Origin: the human T2T-CHM13v2.0 reference genome, Homo sapiens
DNA length: 64,000 bases
Assembly (NCBI RefSeq): GCF_009914755.1
Contig: NC_060929.1
Direction: 5' to 3' (one strand)
Each line of letters begins with the position of its first letter. Position 1 is the stretch's first letter. Both the position numbers and the translations under genes were made by a program. Below the pieces are notes generated by a model that ran no database searches, was not told the DNA's origin, and was given only the letters and a program-made list of their open reading frames with translations. Below, one piece after another: positions 1-35,169 of this stretch.

Positions 1-186
1 TTATATATATATATATTTCACGTGGATACAGATGTAGAAAAGACAGAAAGATGGAAAGAACAAAGAGGAAAAAGTAAAAGTAAAGAGGAAGAAGACAAAA
101 AAGGCATAATAAAACAATCCTCATACCAGAAAAGCAAAGACATGAGATAGAAGATGAACAAGATTTTCATCTTAAAAAGTTCTTAC

Positions 187-333
187 CTTCCTGAGCTTTC
201 CTTGGCCAGAAAAATACTTTTTTTTAACTTTATCTGGTATTGTGTTGTCCTTGAATTTTTCCACCTGCTTCAGTCTTGGCCTGTTCAAGTTCTCTGGCAT
301 CGACGGGGAGCGATATAGGCCACTTCTGCTCAC
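187..333 (-). CDS. CDC25C: CDC25C exon 8 (codons 206-254): 14-3-3 site RSPS216MP and basic NLS (KVKKK)
   Basis: Translates [49 protein letters not shown]; acceptor AG at 335-334, donor GTAAGA from 186; 147 nt, phase 0/0. Confidence 0.97.
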
Positions 334-356
334 CTGTTTGGGAATATTAAACCCCC

Positions 357-522
357 TAGTTCTTACTCCTCCAAGTGTGTCTGCAGACCTGCAGCAACAA
401 CATCTCCTGGGAGCTTCTTTGAAATGCAGGTTTCCAGATGTTAGGCCACACCCCAAACCTACTGAATTAAAATCTGCATTTTAACAAGATGCCCAGGTGA
501 TTTCTCAAGTTTGAGAAGCCTT
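357..522. mobile_element. MER5A-like hAT-Charlie DNA transposon relic
   Basis: Recognised motifs 'acctactgaattaaaatctgcattttaacaagatgcccaggtgatt...aagtttgagaagc'; boundaries approximate. Confidence 0.65.
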
Positions 523-1866
523 GGGTAGGCAACCTGTCTTCATAGGCCCGTTAATATCTTTCTACCTGGACTGCATGATATTCCATCTCCATGGACGTCT
601 TAACTAGCCAAACCAAATTCTGCAGCTGACTGTCTTAGATGCACCAGTTCTTCTAACAGAAAGCAAACACAAGCTCAGTCCCTCCAGTTATGTGACCAAA
701 AAAAAAAAAAAAAAAAAAAAACATAAGTCCATTTTGTCTCTGGGATCCTAGGACATTGACAATCAGGATTTAAGGACCTCAACAAACCTAAAGATGAAAA
801 GCCAAGAAGAAAAATAGCAAAAGAAGCATCATGCAAGAAAAAAGGACACACTAAAATCAAATAGCATGCTGACCATTATAGGATGGATACTATGAAACCC
901 ATCAGGGAAAAAAAAGTGGCTCAAACGTCATGAAGAACTAGCCTTGAGAATTGCTTACACAGGAACAGATTAAAGTATAAGAGGATAGACTGTTGTTTAT
1001 TTGAAAGGCATGGTTTGGGTGCTATATTCAGAGTTGAGGGTCTATCAAATGACCTCTGATAACACCTTCCAACTAATCCACAATTCTATCCTCTGTTGCC
1101 ACATACTTTGAGATCTCTACCTCTCACCTAGAGAACAGGCAAAAGCTCCTTCTCTAAACACTTATCGCACTACCTGTTATGGACTGATTTAGGAGGGGGG
1201 CTATACAATAAGAGAGCCATAACTGGAAGGCAGCTTGATGATCAATGGTTTCTGGAAGAACGAAATAAGAATAACAACATTTTGCTTTATGACAGCTATG
1301 GATATTATGTTGTTTATCACACACATGGTCCTACCTCTTGTTCGTGATACCAGCTGATGGTACCGTCCACATTATACGTACCCTTAGACTCCTTCCAAAC
1401 ATCGCCCTATGTCCCCATCCACCCTACCCCCCAGACACTGATGACTGGACCATATTGCTGGTTGAACACATCTATTTAGTGGTCTAGAATAAGCAAAAAT
1501 AATCTAGGCCAATCAGGTTCCCTCTCTTGGTTGCCTAACTTGGAAGATGGAGAAATAATTAGGCAGTAGCAGAAGCCAAAGCCCAAAAGGAAGAAGCCAA
1601 GAGATACAGTCAAGGCCACGAAGCCAGTGATGCATGAATGGATCAACCAAAGGTAGGGTAAGAAAGGAGATATGGTGAGGCACTGAGGAGTAGGGTGCCT
1701 GGTCTCCATGACAGACAGGACTTCATATAACTTCAATTTTCCCCTGAGAAGGCAGGGGAAAGCTAGATGAGGATTTCAAAAGGGGCTTCTCTAGAACACA
1801 CCATAATAATTATGCTAAGAGCCATATTACTAAGAGTTTGGAATTAATTAGCTAATTGAAACTTAT

Positions 1867-6516
<4,650 letters not shown>

Positions 6517-6534
6517 TGATACCATTTTTAGAAA

Positions 6535-11460
<4,926 letters not shown>

Positions 11461-11579
11461 CAAGGGGTTGTAAGTAATTTTTAAGATTACAAAGGAGTTC
11501 TAAGACCAAAAAATTTGAGAACTCTTATTCTAGTAGAAGGGAAAATTGGTAATATAGGAGTGGGGAAATACTGCAGTAG

Positions 11580-12110
11580 TACACATGAGGAGATGCTTCC
11601 ATCTGACTCGGTTTTTGCAGTCTTTACAAATGCCTACAAGGCCCTACACGATCTGTCCTTCTGCTAACTCCTCTCTGCCCTCATTTTCTACCCTTCTCCA
11701 CTTGCTCCCTCCGCTTCAGCCACACTGGCCTTCTTGCTGTCCCATAAACACGCCAAGCATACTCACCTCAGGGGCATTGCACTTGCTTTGCCTTCTGCTG
11801 GGAATGACTCATTCCTCCTGACATCTGCTTGTTGGCTTCCTCGCTCTTTCAGATGTCTGCTCAAACGTCACTCTCAAATAAGTCTCCTCTGACCTATGCA
11901 ACCTATCAAAAATAACAACTCTCACCCTGCCCTACTCCAATCCAGGGACTCCCTATAATCTCCCTTTGCTTTTTCACCATAGTATTTTTACCATCTGCCA
12001 TATTACAAATGTATTTGTCTGTCTGTTTCCTCATAACTAGAATGTAAGCTCAGATACTACTGTATCTCTGGCATTAGTGAATAAATGAATGAATGAATGA
12101 ATAGGACACA
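11580..12110 (+). mobile_element. L2 3' fragment ending in (GAAT)n
   Basis: cagccacactggccttcttgctgt...ctagaatgtaagctc...gaataaatgaatgaatgaatgaat. Confidence 0.7.
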
Positions 12111-12352
12111 GTGTGAAGGAAGGGCTTTAGATAGGAGCAGGGACACTTCGTGCTCTGTGGCAAGAGCGACTGCAGATTATATGGGTATAAAAGGAGATTG
12201 ATTGCTGTATCTGGTGAGAAAAGAAGGCAGTTTTCTTCTGATAGCATCTGTTTTCTCTTCACAACAAAACACTTCAAACTGCATATGACTAAAGTCATCC
12301 TTGATCTCATCCTTCCTTCACAGCCTGCACCCAACCCTTCAAGTCCTGTTGA

Positions 12353-12589
<237 letters not shown>

Positions 12590-12687
12590 TGAGGCAGGCA
12601 GACAAAATATATTTTGAATGCATCCATTTCTCTGTCTCCATAGTCAACACCTTAGTTCAGGCTACCACCAACTGTAGCTAGGACTAA

Positions 12688-12906
<219 letters not shown>

Positions 12907-13374
12907 TAGTAGTGATGAGGTTTTGCTATGTTGCCTAGACTGGTCTCAAACTACTGAGCTCAAGCAACTCTCCTGCCTCAGCCTCTCAAATTGACAGGAT
13001 TACAGGTGAAAGCCAAACCACCCGTTGACTTCCAACTCTTAATCCTTTCTAATCTGTTCCCCATCCATCAACAAGAGTGGTCTTCACAAAACAAATCAGA
13101 CCATATTATTCCCCTGCCTAAAGCCCTCCCTTCAGTAGCAACTCATTGTACTTAGAATAGAATCCAAACACTCACCATAGCCTAAAGACCCTGCGTGATC
13201 TACCTCCTGACTACTTATTCTTTCCCAGCTCACATAACACTCCTCTCATTCACTGACTTCTCAGTCCCTCCAACATGTGAAGACCTTTTCCACCTGGGGC
13301 CTCTGTACCTGCAACATTCCTTCTTCATGAAATGCTCCTGCCTCTACTCTTGTCATATATGATTCCTTCACAAT

Positions 13375-13490
13375 TAGAGTGGCCCTAACTTAATACCAGC
13401 TTGTCCGGGACTTTCCCAGCTTTAGCAATGGAAGCCCCATATCCTAGAACATTCTAGTCCCAGGCAAACAGAGAGTTCATCACCCGATTC
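13375..13490. mobile_element. MER81-like hAT-Blackjack relic
   Basis: ccagcttgtccgggactttcccagctttagca...gtcccaggcaaac; resembles the copy at 53956-54069. Confidence 0.5.
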
Positions 13491-13941
13491 TTAACCAAAT
13501 ATCTCCCACTTGTGGAGATCTTCCCTTATTATTCTCCATTTAAAGATTTCCTTTTGTTAGCCTCTATTTCAGACCTCATTTTGTTTCCATCATTACACTT
13601 GGACTATTTGCAATTACTAAATTATTATTATTATTATTAGAAATGGGGTCTTGCTCTGTCACCCAGGCTGGATTGCCCAGGCATGATCATGGCTCACTGT
13701 AGCCTTGAACTGCTGGACTCAAACAGTCCTCCCACCTCAGCCTCTGGAGTAGCTAGGACTACAGGGGCACACCACCATGCCTGGCTAATTTTTATTTTTT
13801 TGTAGCGATGGGGGCTTACTGTGTTGCCTAGGCTGGTCTCAAACTTGTCGACTCAAACTATCCTTCTGCCTCAGACTCCCAAAATGTTGGGATTACAAGT
13901 GTGAGCCACCACACCCAGCCCAAAATCTAAATTATTTTGTC

Positions 13942-14460
13942 TGTTATGGCAGACATTTACAATTTGGCTGCCTAACATACTGTTTCAGTAAAATCTAAAG
14001 TTAGAGAGGCAGTCCTGCCTCCTCATGAGGTGGCCAATGGGAGACAGATATTCCCTTTTCCATGCCCTTGTGACCAACTAGATATTCCTGCCTGGGATTT
14101 TCAACCTTAAAGAAGCTCAAAAAGCAAAGGGTTGGTCCAGACTTTTTATGGTGGCTGCATCACAGTAGAGAATATACTAGGTGGTAGCAAATATCCATGA
14201 GCAGCACAGTCTATCTAGCAGCAAGCCTGATCATGTTCCATGGCAGGGTGCCAGTAACGGTGGCATTGAGTGTCTAGCCAGCAAGTGGTGGCATCCTGAG
14301 CTCAATGTTCCTGGAATAGTATTTTGGCTGGGCCTTACTTTGTTTTCCAGCCTTCCTTGTAATTCTGAGTTCCTCAGTACCCTCCAGAAAAATCCCTTTT
14401 CTGCTTGAGGAAACTAGAATCAGTTTCTATTATTTGCAACCAAGAACTCTAACTAGAATA
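13942..14460 (+). mobile_element. Old ERVL-class solo LTR (LTR33/LTR41-like)
   Basis: Starts TGT; ends aaatcccttttctgctt...gtttctattatttgcaaccaagaactctaactagaata, typical of these LTR 3' ends. Confidence 0.5.
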
Positions 14461-14618
14461 TCTATTAACTTGAAAAAAATTTTTGTTGTTTTGATGCATC
14501 CCTGACAAGAATATAAATTCTAGTCTGTTTTGTTCACCATCGTATCACCAGTGCCTATCATACTTCCCAACATGTAGCAAGTACTCAATAAATATTTTTT
14601 AAGTAAAGAAATGAATGA

Positions 14619-18222
<3,604 letters not shown>

Positions 18223-19149
18223 CTAGCTCTCAAAACTTTCTAAACCAGCCACTTTCTACCTTCTCAGCAACTTTCAATCACATTACTGCTCTTACTTTAC
18301 TGAGTCCACCTAATGATATCTGGCTTTTTAGCCAGGCTTTGAATCATCGTCGACTTTTCTGCTGCCTTCACCATACCTATTCTTCCTCAACCCCTTGTTC
18401 ATCCACCATTGGCAATCTTCAACCCTTACTATCATCCCTGGAGTTCCAAAGTCTCCAATCTCGCTTCCAGGCCAGAACATTCTTGTAGGAAGACACTTCG
18501 AACAAGTGCCATGCATGTCTACCTGATAATGCCCTCATAGGACCTTACAAATATCATCTTACTAGGCTTTTAGTAATTCCACAGTCTCCAAAAGTCAATT
18601 ATAACCTTCTTCACACACTTTTAAGACTCTCGCCTCGCACTCTCCTCTGAATCATCAGATTACTTCAATGTTTACTTTGCGGAGGACATCAAGGCCATTG
18701 AGCATCCCCTCACCTATCAGCCTTCTTCATAACTCCACATAGTTTAGTTGTATACTACAATAATTAAGCACTTACACTACACAATAATAGTTAAGTACTA
18801 TTAATTGATAAGTATTGCTCTACATGTTTTATGTGTAATTAACTCATTCGATCCTGACAACAACCCAAGAAATTGAACACAAGGAGATCATATGACTCAC
18901 CTACAGTCATATATCTAAAAGTGGCAGAGTCAAGCTATGAATCCAGGCAGTCTGGCCCCAGAGGCTACTTCTCAGACCACTGCGCTCCACTGACTCACAT
19001 GCTCTTAACTTTTCCCACTGAGCCCTTTCCTTCAATAGGGACTTCGAATGGTGGTCAGATAGGGTTAGTTATCCTTAGCTGTTATGTTTTAACTTTTCCA
19101 TAAAGGAGAATATATTCAAGGATGATTTGTGAAATTAAAGATTTATAAA

Positions 19150-21765
19150 ATGACTTACTACAAAGCTGCAGTAAACAGTGTGGCACTGGCATAAAGACAG
19201 ACATATAGACCAATGGAATGGAACACAGCCAAGAAATAACCTCTTGCATATATAGTTAAATGATTTTTGAAAAGGGTGCCAAGACCATTCAATGAAGAAA
19301 GGAGAGTTTTTTCAACAATTAGTGGTGGGACAACTGGATTTTACATTCCCACCAGCAATGCACAAGGGTCCCAATTTCTCCATATTGTAGCCAACACTGC
19401 TTTGTTCTTTGTCCCAAAGAGCAAAGTTAAAGCCTTCTCTTATACCATATACACACATTAACTCGAAATGAATCAAAGACCTAAACTTAAGAGCTATAAC
19501 TATAAAACTCTTTAAAGAAAACATAGGGAGCTGAGCCCAATGGCTCACACCTGTAATCGCAGCACCTTGGGAGGCTGAAGCAAGAGGATCGCTTGAGGCC
19601 AGAATTTTGAGACCAGAAGAGTAACACAGCAAGACCTCATCTCTATCTCTACAAAAAATAAATTAGCCAGGTGTGGTGGTGCATGCCTGTAGTACTAGCT
19701 ACTATGGACACTGAGGTGGGAGGATCCCTTGAGGGCAGGAGTTTGAAGTTACAGTGAGCTATGTGATCGCATCACTATACTCCAGCCTGGGTGAGACCCT
19801 GTCCCTACTATTTTCTTTTAAAAAGGGGAGGGGGTTGGGGGAGGCACATGACATTGAATCTGGCAATGATTTCTCAGATATGACACCAAAAGCACAAGCA
19901 ACAAAAAAAGTGGATAAATTAGACTTCATCAAAATTAAAAACTTTTTTGCAACAAAGGGCACAATCAACATAGTGAATAGGCAACCAACGGAATAGGAAA
20001 AAAGATTTGCAAATTATTTATCTGATAAGGGATTGATATCCAGAATATATAAAGAACTACAACTCAACAACAACAAAAGAAACAACTCAATTAAAAAATG
20101 GGCAAAGGACTTGAATAGACACTTCTCCAAAGAAGATATACAAATGGCCAGGAAGCTTATGAAAAGGTGCTCAACATCCCTAATCATTAGGGAAATGCAA
20201 ATTAAAATTACGATGAGATACCATTTCGTAGTCATCAGATGGATAGTATCAAAATCAGGAAATAACAAGTGTTGGCTATGATATGGAGAAACTGAGACCC
20301 TTGTGCATTGCTGGTGGGAATGTAAAATGAACAGTTGCTATGAAAACAGTATGAGAGTTCCTTAAAAAATTAAACACAGAATAACCATATGACCCAGCAA
20401 TTTTACTTCTGGGTATATACCCTAAAGAACTGAAAGCAGGGCCAGGTGTGGTGGCTCACACCTGTAATCCCAGTTACTTGGGAGGCTGAGAAGGGAGGAC
20501 TGCTGGAGCCAAAGAGTTCAAGGCTGCAGTGAGCCATGATCACATCACTGCACTGCAGCCTGGGCAACTGAGTGAGACCTGTCTCCAAAAAAGTAAAAGA
20601 ACTGAAAGCAAGGACACAAACAGATATTTGTAAACCAATTTTTATAGCAACAATATTCACAATTGCCAAAAGATGGAAACCCAAATGTCACAAAATGTGA
20701 TATATACATACAATGGAATATTATTCTGCCATAAAAAGGAATGAAATTATGATACATGCTACAACATAGATAAAGCTTGAGGACATTATGCTAGTTGAAA
20801 TAAGCCAGTTACAAAACAAAAAAACCCTGTATCATTCCACTTATCAGAGATATCTAGAATAATCAAATTTATAGAAAGTAGAATGGTGGTTGCCAGAGGC
20901 TGGGAGAAGGGGAAAATGGGAAGTTGTTTTATGGGCACAGAGTGTCAGTTTTCCAAGATTAAAAGAGTTCTGGAGATTGGTTACACAACAATGGGAATGT
21001 ATGTAATACTACTAAACTATACACTTGAAAATGGTTATGATGATAAAGGTTATGTGCATTTTACAATTTAACATAAAACTGATTTTTTTTAAAGAGAATG
21101 AAATTCTGATACATGCTACAACACTGATTACCAATGAAAACATTACACTATGAGATATATGCCAGAGATAAAAGGATGATAAAATTCCATTTATATGAGG
21201 TACCTAAAGCAAACTCATAGAGGGCAGAAAATAGAATAGTGGTTACTAGGGGCTGGGGAAGGGGGAGAAGATGGGGAGTTATTGTTTATGGGGTACAGCA
21301 TTTCTGCTTGGGGGCCAGGTGCAGTGGCTCACCTGTAATCTCAGCACTTTGGGAGGCTGAGGAGGGCAGATCACCTGAGGTCAGATATTCAAGACCAGCC
21401 TGGCCAACATGGTGAAACCTTGTCTCTACTAAAAATACAAAAAAAATTAGCCGGCCACGGTGGGGCATGCCTGGAATCCCAGCTACGCGGGAGGCTGAGG
21501 CAGGAGAATCACTTGAACCCAGGAGGTGGAGGTGCAGTGAGACAAAATTGCGCCACTGCACTCCAGCTTGGGCGACAGAGCAAGACTATATCTCACAAAA
21601 AAAAAAAAAAAAAAAAAAAGAGAGAATTTCTGCTTGGGGTAATAAAAAAATCCTAGAGATGGGTAAGTACACTCACAATAAAATGAAGGCACTTAATACC
21701 ACTAAACTGTATGCTTAAAAATGATTAAAATTGTAAATTTTGTTTTACCATAACAAAAAATGTAT
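19150..21765 (+). mobile_element. L1M(B)-type 3' portion (end of ORF2 plus 3'UTR), Alu-interrupted
   Basis: Remnant translation [21 protein letters not shown]...IREMQIK is L1 ORF2 C-terminal sequence, followed by L1 3'UTR text. Confidence 0.88.
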
Positions 21766-22154
21766 AAAAAGAATTAATATATAAATGTGCCACCTGTATT
21801 TGTGTCCTAGATCTCTCCTTTCTGATTCCTGGCTAATATTATTCCTATATGTGTCTACTTCATTATCAGTCCCACAGTGGCTACTGCTCTTTCTTCCCAG
21901 CCTTTCTCTTCACTTTAAACTTAGAGTCATTAGCTTCCATTTTCTCCTCTATACAGCTGCCCCAGAAATGTACATTTCTCATCCTGATAGCTTCAACTCC
22001 TCATTTAGTATTTCCATCTAAATTTCCTCCTTAGCATCTATAACTCAATGTCCAAAACAGAACACATCTATTCCCGCTGAATCCACCCTTCTTTTCAAAT
22101 TCATTATACTGTTGTCACCATTTCTCCAGTTACTCAGGGTAAAGTCAAAAATAA

Positions 22155-23442
<1,288 letters not shown>

Positions 23443-23449
23443 TCCTATA

Positions 23450-23660
23450 ATTTTTATTATAGTATGTTGTTGTAATTGTTCTATTTTATTATTAGTTATT
23501 ATTGTTAATCTCTTACTATGCCTAAGTAAAAAACTCCATCACAGGTACATATGCATAGGGAAAAGCATGGTATATATAGGGTTCAGTACTGTCTGCAATT
23601 TTAGGCATCCACTGGGGGGTCTCAGAATGTATTCTCTGTGGATAACAGAGGACTACTGTA
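23450..23660 (+). mobile_element. MER2-like Tigger relic (3' end)
   Basis: tatatagggttcagtact...aggcatccactgggggtc...ggataacagaggactactgta, ending CTG+TA. Confidence 0.7.
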
Positions 23661-24034
23661 TTACAAACTGCTCTTTAAATTTTTTTTTCTATTTTATGGA
23701 GGTATAAATGATAAAATTTGTATATACTTAAGGAGTACAATATAATGATTTACGTATATATTACATGAGGATTACCACAATGAAATTCATTAACACATCC
23801 TTCATCACACAGTTACCATTTGTGTGTATGTGATGAGGACATAAACTGCTTTTAATATTTTATTTACAACAAGCCTATTAAGGAGGTAGTTGTTTTATCA
23901 TGCTCTCCATTTTATAAATTAAAAACTGAGGTCAAGTGGTTGTCTTGTGAACAGTCATACCACCAAGTAAATAAAAGAATGAGGCTGGATACGGTGGCTC
24001 ACACTTGTAATTCCAGCACTTTGAGAGGCCAAGG

Positions 24035-25239
24035 TGTTGGCAGCTGCAACTCCAGAGGGCTTGCTGCTGTCATCAAACTGGCTGCAGCAGAGAGGTATGG
24101 ATAGGGCTGCATGATCCATGGAGCTAGCGGGAGCCCTTCCCCTTCTGAGTTGGGGCAGGAGCTCCCCTGGTGCTGCTGGAGCTACACAAACTGCAGCTGT
24201 TAACCTGGGCCTCCTGTTCCACGGAGCAGGCAGAAGCCCTGCCCTCCTGGGTGGGCTTGCAGCCGCCCAAGTTGTGGCTGCAGATCCGAGCCTCCCTGTG
24301 GTCTTGTGGGGGCCGGGAGCAGGCAGGATCCCTGCCTTCCCGGGTGCAGCTGCAGCTGCCCTCCCAGGTGCAGGACCTAATAGTCTCTGCAGCCTGCACC
24401 CTTGGGGGCCCAGGAAGGCCTCCCCACCACCCCCATATCCCCACTTCTCTCTGCTCTTGGCACCCACTCCAATCTCAGAGTGGGGTTGGGGCAAGTCCAG
24501 GTGCTGTTACAGTCCGGGGGCGGATCTGTGTGTGCACCCTCAGGGCAGCACCCTGCCACCTTGACCCCCTCTAGAATTTGGGCACGGAGAAGCAAAAGAG
24601 GGGAAGCCAAGTAGGGACTGAGGGTGGTCAGTGCTGGCCTTTAGGTGCACCTTGGTGTGAGCAGCCTGGTGCCATGGACTGCTGAGAGAGACAGACAGGC
24701 TCCTGGGTAGAAGGGAGGTTCCTGTAAGTCCCCACCTTCAGGACGGGGAGGGCTTAAAGGCTGGGGACCGGGCTGCTAGTCCCACCCACTGGATGGGGAT
24801 TTGTGCTGCCTTTTCTCACAGTCCATGAACCAATCAGGAAGCACTTTCTCCCCTCTGAGGTCCATAAAAGGCCCAGGCTCAGCCAGAGCAGGGTAGAGGA
24901 TGGAGAAAAGATCAGACAACCAAAGAGGAGAGAGGAGCTATGCTGTCTGCTGAAAGCTGGGAAATCAACAGGGAGGACCTGCCTGCAGAGAGGAGCCACC
25001 CACTCCAGGGCCTCCTCTCTGCTGAGAGCTGAATACGGGATAAGACAAACTGCCTACAGAGAGGAGCTGCCCCCTGTGGGTCTCCTCTGAGCTGTTCTAA
25101 CACTCAATAAAGCTTCTCTTCGTCTTGCTAACCCTCCACTTGTCTGCTTACCTCGACGCAGGACAACAACTCAGGCAAAGGCACCACTGGGCAGAAAGGT
25201 TTCTGGCCAGAAAAGCAACACCCTAAAGATCCCGCAACA
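24035..25239 (+). mobile_element. ERV1-class solo LTR, MER52-like (1205 bp), inserted into an older Alu
   Basis: TG...CA termini; 4-bp TSD AAGG (24031-34 and 25240-43); CCAAT 24830, CATAAAA 24863, AATAAA 25106; Alu sequence continues on both sides. Confidence 0.85.
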
Positions 25240-26733
25240 AAGGCAAGAGGATTGCTGGAGCGCAGGAGTTCCAAACCAGCTTGGGCAACACATCAAGACC
25301 CCATCTCTACAAAAAATTTTAAAAATTAGCTGGGCATGGTGGTATGCACCTATAGTCCTAGCTACTCAGGAGGCTGAGGTGGGAGGATTACTTGAGCCCA
25401 GGAGTTCAACACTGCACTCCAGTCTGGGTGACAGAGCAGAGCAAGACCCTATCTAATTAATTAAATAATTAAAAAAAATAAAAGCATGAGGACTAGAATG
25501 CAACTGTTCTAACTCCACTATACCATACTGGCCTTGTGAAATGAATAAATTTTAAAGACAAACCCATAGCCCTACTTGTTTCAAAGCAACAAAGTTGATT
25601 TAGAAATGCTAAATGTAGGCCAGGCATGGTAGCTCATGCCTGTAATCCCAGCACTTTGGGAGGCCAAGGTGTGTGAATCACTTGAGTCCAGGAGTTTGAG
25701 ACTAGCCTGGGCAATATTGTGAAACCACATCGCTACAAAAAATACAAAAAATTAGCCAGGTATGATGGCATGTGCCTATAGTCCCAGCTACTTGGAGGCT
25801 GAGGTGGGAGGACTGCCAGAGCCTGGGGAGATTGAGGCTGCAGTGAACTTTAATTGTGCCACGTACCCCAGCCTGGGCTACAGAGAAAGACCCTGTCTAT
25901 CTAAAAAAAAAAAAAAAAAAAAAAAAAACCAAAAACCAAAAACCAAAAAAAGCTAAATGCCTCAGAAACTATCTTTGGCATATCAGCATATAGGCTATAA
26001 CCCACATGCTTCAGGTATATCTATCAGTGATATGGGAAAGAAAAAAGGAAACAAAAGACTGTATTATAAAATACCTGAAAAGTAATGTTAGGTATATTCT
26101 ATACATTTATACATTACCATTATCCTGGAGACATTACTTATCCTAGATTACTTTGATGGTGATCCACTCAAACTATTGACTGGAACCTGTTCACCAGCAG
26201 TAAGAAGATTTCTGTAGTGACCTGATAACCTATCAGTCAGGTAACCCTACAGTCTAAAGATAGGTTACGCCAGGCGTGGTGGCTCATGCCTGTAATCCCA
26301 GCTCTTTGGGAGGCCAAGGCGGGCAGATCACTTGAGGTCAGGAGTTCGAGACCAGTCTGGCCAACATGGCAAAACCCCATCTCTACTAAAATTACAAAAA
26401 ATTAGCCAGGCATGATGGCGTGCTTTGGGAGGCTGAGGCAAGAGAATCACTTAAACCCAGGAGACGGAGGTTGCAGTGAGCTGAGATACCACCACTGCAC
26501 TCCAGCCTAGGTGACACAGCAAGACTCCATCTCAAAAATAAATAAATAAATAAAGATAGGTTATCACATCTTGTTGATCTCTGTAGCTCTAGCATTTAGT
26601 AGAGTGACTCATACATATCAGGCATAAAATGTTTATTCAAGAATGAATTGTTGGCTGGGCATGGTGGCTCACGCTTGCAATCCCAGCACTTTGGAAGCCT
26701 GAGGTGGGTAGATCACCTGAGGCCAGGAGTTTA

Positions 26734-27390
<657 letters not shown>

Positions 27391-27439
27391 GAATGAAGGA
27401 ATATGAAGAATACAAAGATACTACCACAGAACACTTTAC

Positions 27440-27595
27440 CTTTGCTTCTTGATCTTTCAGGGAAAACTCCATTAATTCATCTGAAATCTCTTCTGCCTGG
27501 TCTTCTCCTAGGTTTGGATTTTTATCCAATTTTGGAACAGTAGTAATGGGACTGCCCAAATATTTCATTTCACTGTCCACCAAGTTTCCATTGTC
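27440..27595 (-). CDS. CDC25C: CDC25C exon 7 (codons 154-205), includes S168 and the NES/S198 region
   Basis: [52 protein letters not shown]; AG/GT flanks; 156 nt, phase 0/0. Confidence 0.97.
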
Positions 27596-27639
27596 CTGTC
27601 AAGTATATTGACAACATTAAAAACTATTCAAAATATATC

Positions 27640-33306
<5,667 letters not shown>

Positions 33307-34033
33307 AGTGATTATAAATGGAGATTAGAAGGACAGTATTAAATCAAGAAAAAACTGATAAGAACAGCCGAAAACATGAGTTTATCTTAAGTCAATGTAA
33401 GAAAAGAAGAGCAGCTATCTTTTATGGTAATGATTTGGGGAAAGGGATGGGAGGCAGGGAAGAAAAAACGATGTCTAGAAAAGGGGCTTAGATGAGGGAT
33501 TAGATACAGAATTATCTTAGTGATGAGGTGGCTCCGGAGAGGCTAGATTTAACTTGGAACGACGGATGGCCTAAGGTTTAGATAAAAAGTACCATGGCCT
33601 CCTCGGAATAAGGGCTTAAAAGCTAGACTAAGGGGGAAATAAGAAATTAATCTACACTTGCATGTAAAGTGGTAAAAAAAAATCCATGAACAAGTTATGC
33701 AAGTTATCCCTACCTGTTAAAACAAACAAACAAACAAACAAAAAACTCCTAAATCCCTTACACTACAGTAAGGGTAATTTTTGTCCTCAAAATGATCAAC
33801 TGAACATGAGAAATAATGATGACCTACTGTGGAAGATTTGGAGCTGGGTGTCTGTCCTAGGGCCAAACTTTAATAAGAAAAAACAAAAACAAAGAAATTT
33901 TCTCCCCTATAGTAATACAGTTTCCTTGTCTAGCATACGAGGTATAAACAGTTCTATGTCTCACTATGATACCAAGTTTCTTCACTCAAAAAATAAAACT
34001 GCCAATATATCTAGGTTTCCATTAAACACTCAC

Positions 34034-34123
34034 ATTTTCTTTATTTGCAGATGAACTACACATTGCATCTCTCTTTCTATGGCCACGGTCCAAACCATTC
34101 GGAGTGCTACAAAGAAGCTGTGC
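34034..34123 (-). CDS. CDC25C: CDC25C exon 6 (codons 124-153): S-T130-P and KEN motif
   Basis: [30 protein letters not shown]; ttttttag acceptor, GTGAGT donor; 90 nt. Confidence 0.96.
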
Positions 34124-34239
34124 CTAAAAAAGAGAGTTTGCTGAGAACGTCCAGCATCCTCAAGCCACAGGTGCAATGGAAACCCTCTGCCTCCCACCTG
34201 AAAAGCAAAACAAAACCCAAAAAAAGAGAGGCTACTCAC

Positions 34240-34273
34240 TGGGCTACATTTCATTAGGTGCTGGTCATGATTC
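34240..34273 (-). CDS. CDC25C: CDC25C exon 5 (34 nt)
   Basis: (M)NHDQHLMKCSP; ctgcag acceptor, GTGAGT donor; continues the frame from exon 4. Confidence 0.95.
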
Positions 34274-34834
34274 CTGCAGATTAAAACAAACTGCCTGTCA
34301 GGTTAGTCCCAAATACTGTTTGATTATTCTTCAGTGGATTGGTGCATCCCAACATTTTTCTATTTCATTCTAGGAGCCCTATTCCTAGTTGATATGTCTC
34401 TTCCAACAACAATACATAGGGTATTCTCTGTGGTAAATATCAAGACTCAAGTGACATCCTGGGGATAAGACCCTCATTTTGCCTGCATAACCATATAACA
34501 TGTTCCAAAGATGAACGAGTTTTATACAATTTACAATTTACTAATTTTCCAGCACAGTGTATTGGGGCTAATTTTTTTTTTTTGAGACGGAATCTGGCTC
34601 TGTCACTCAGGCTGGAGTGGCACGACCTCGGCTCACAGCAAGCTCTGCCTCCCGGTTTCACGCCATTCTCCTGCCTCAGCCTCCTGAGTAGCTGGGACTA
34701 CAGGCGCCTGCAACCACATTCAGCTAATTTTTTGTATTTTTAGTAGAGATGGGGTTTCACCGTGTTAGCCAGGACGGTCTTGATCTCCTGACCTCGTGAT
34801 CCGCCCGCCTCAGCCTCCCAAACTTCTGGGATTA

Positions 34835-35169
<335 letters not shown>

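Noticed and set aside
334-456. N-terminal part of ORF 172..456, upstream of VSRSGLY
   Set aside because: Intronic MER5-derived sequence in frame by chance; the real exon is 187-333
1380-1760. Possible old LTR-like segment
   Set aside because: Could not identify termini, TSD or family by eye
23955-25103. Overlapping 70-180 aa ORFs on both strands
   Set aside because: Lie within the GC-rich solo LTR; no gag/pol/env or other recognisable similarity
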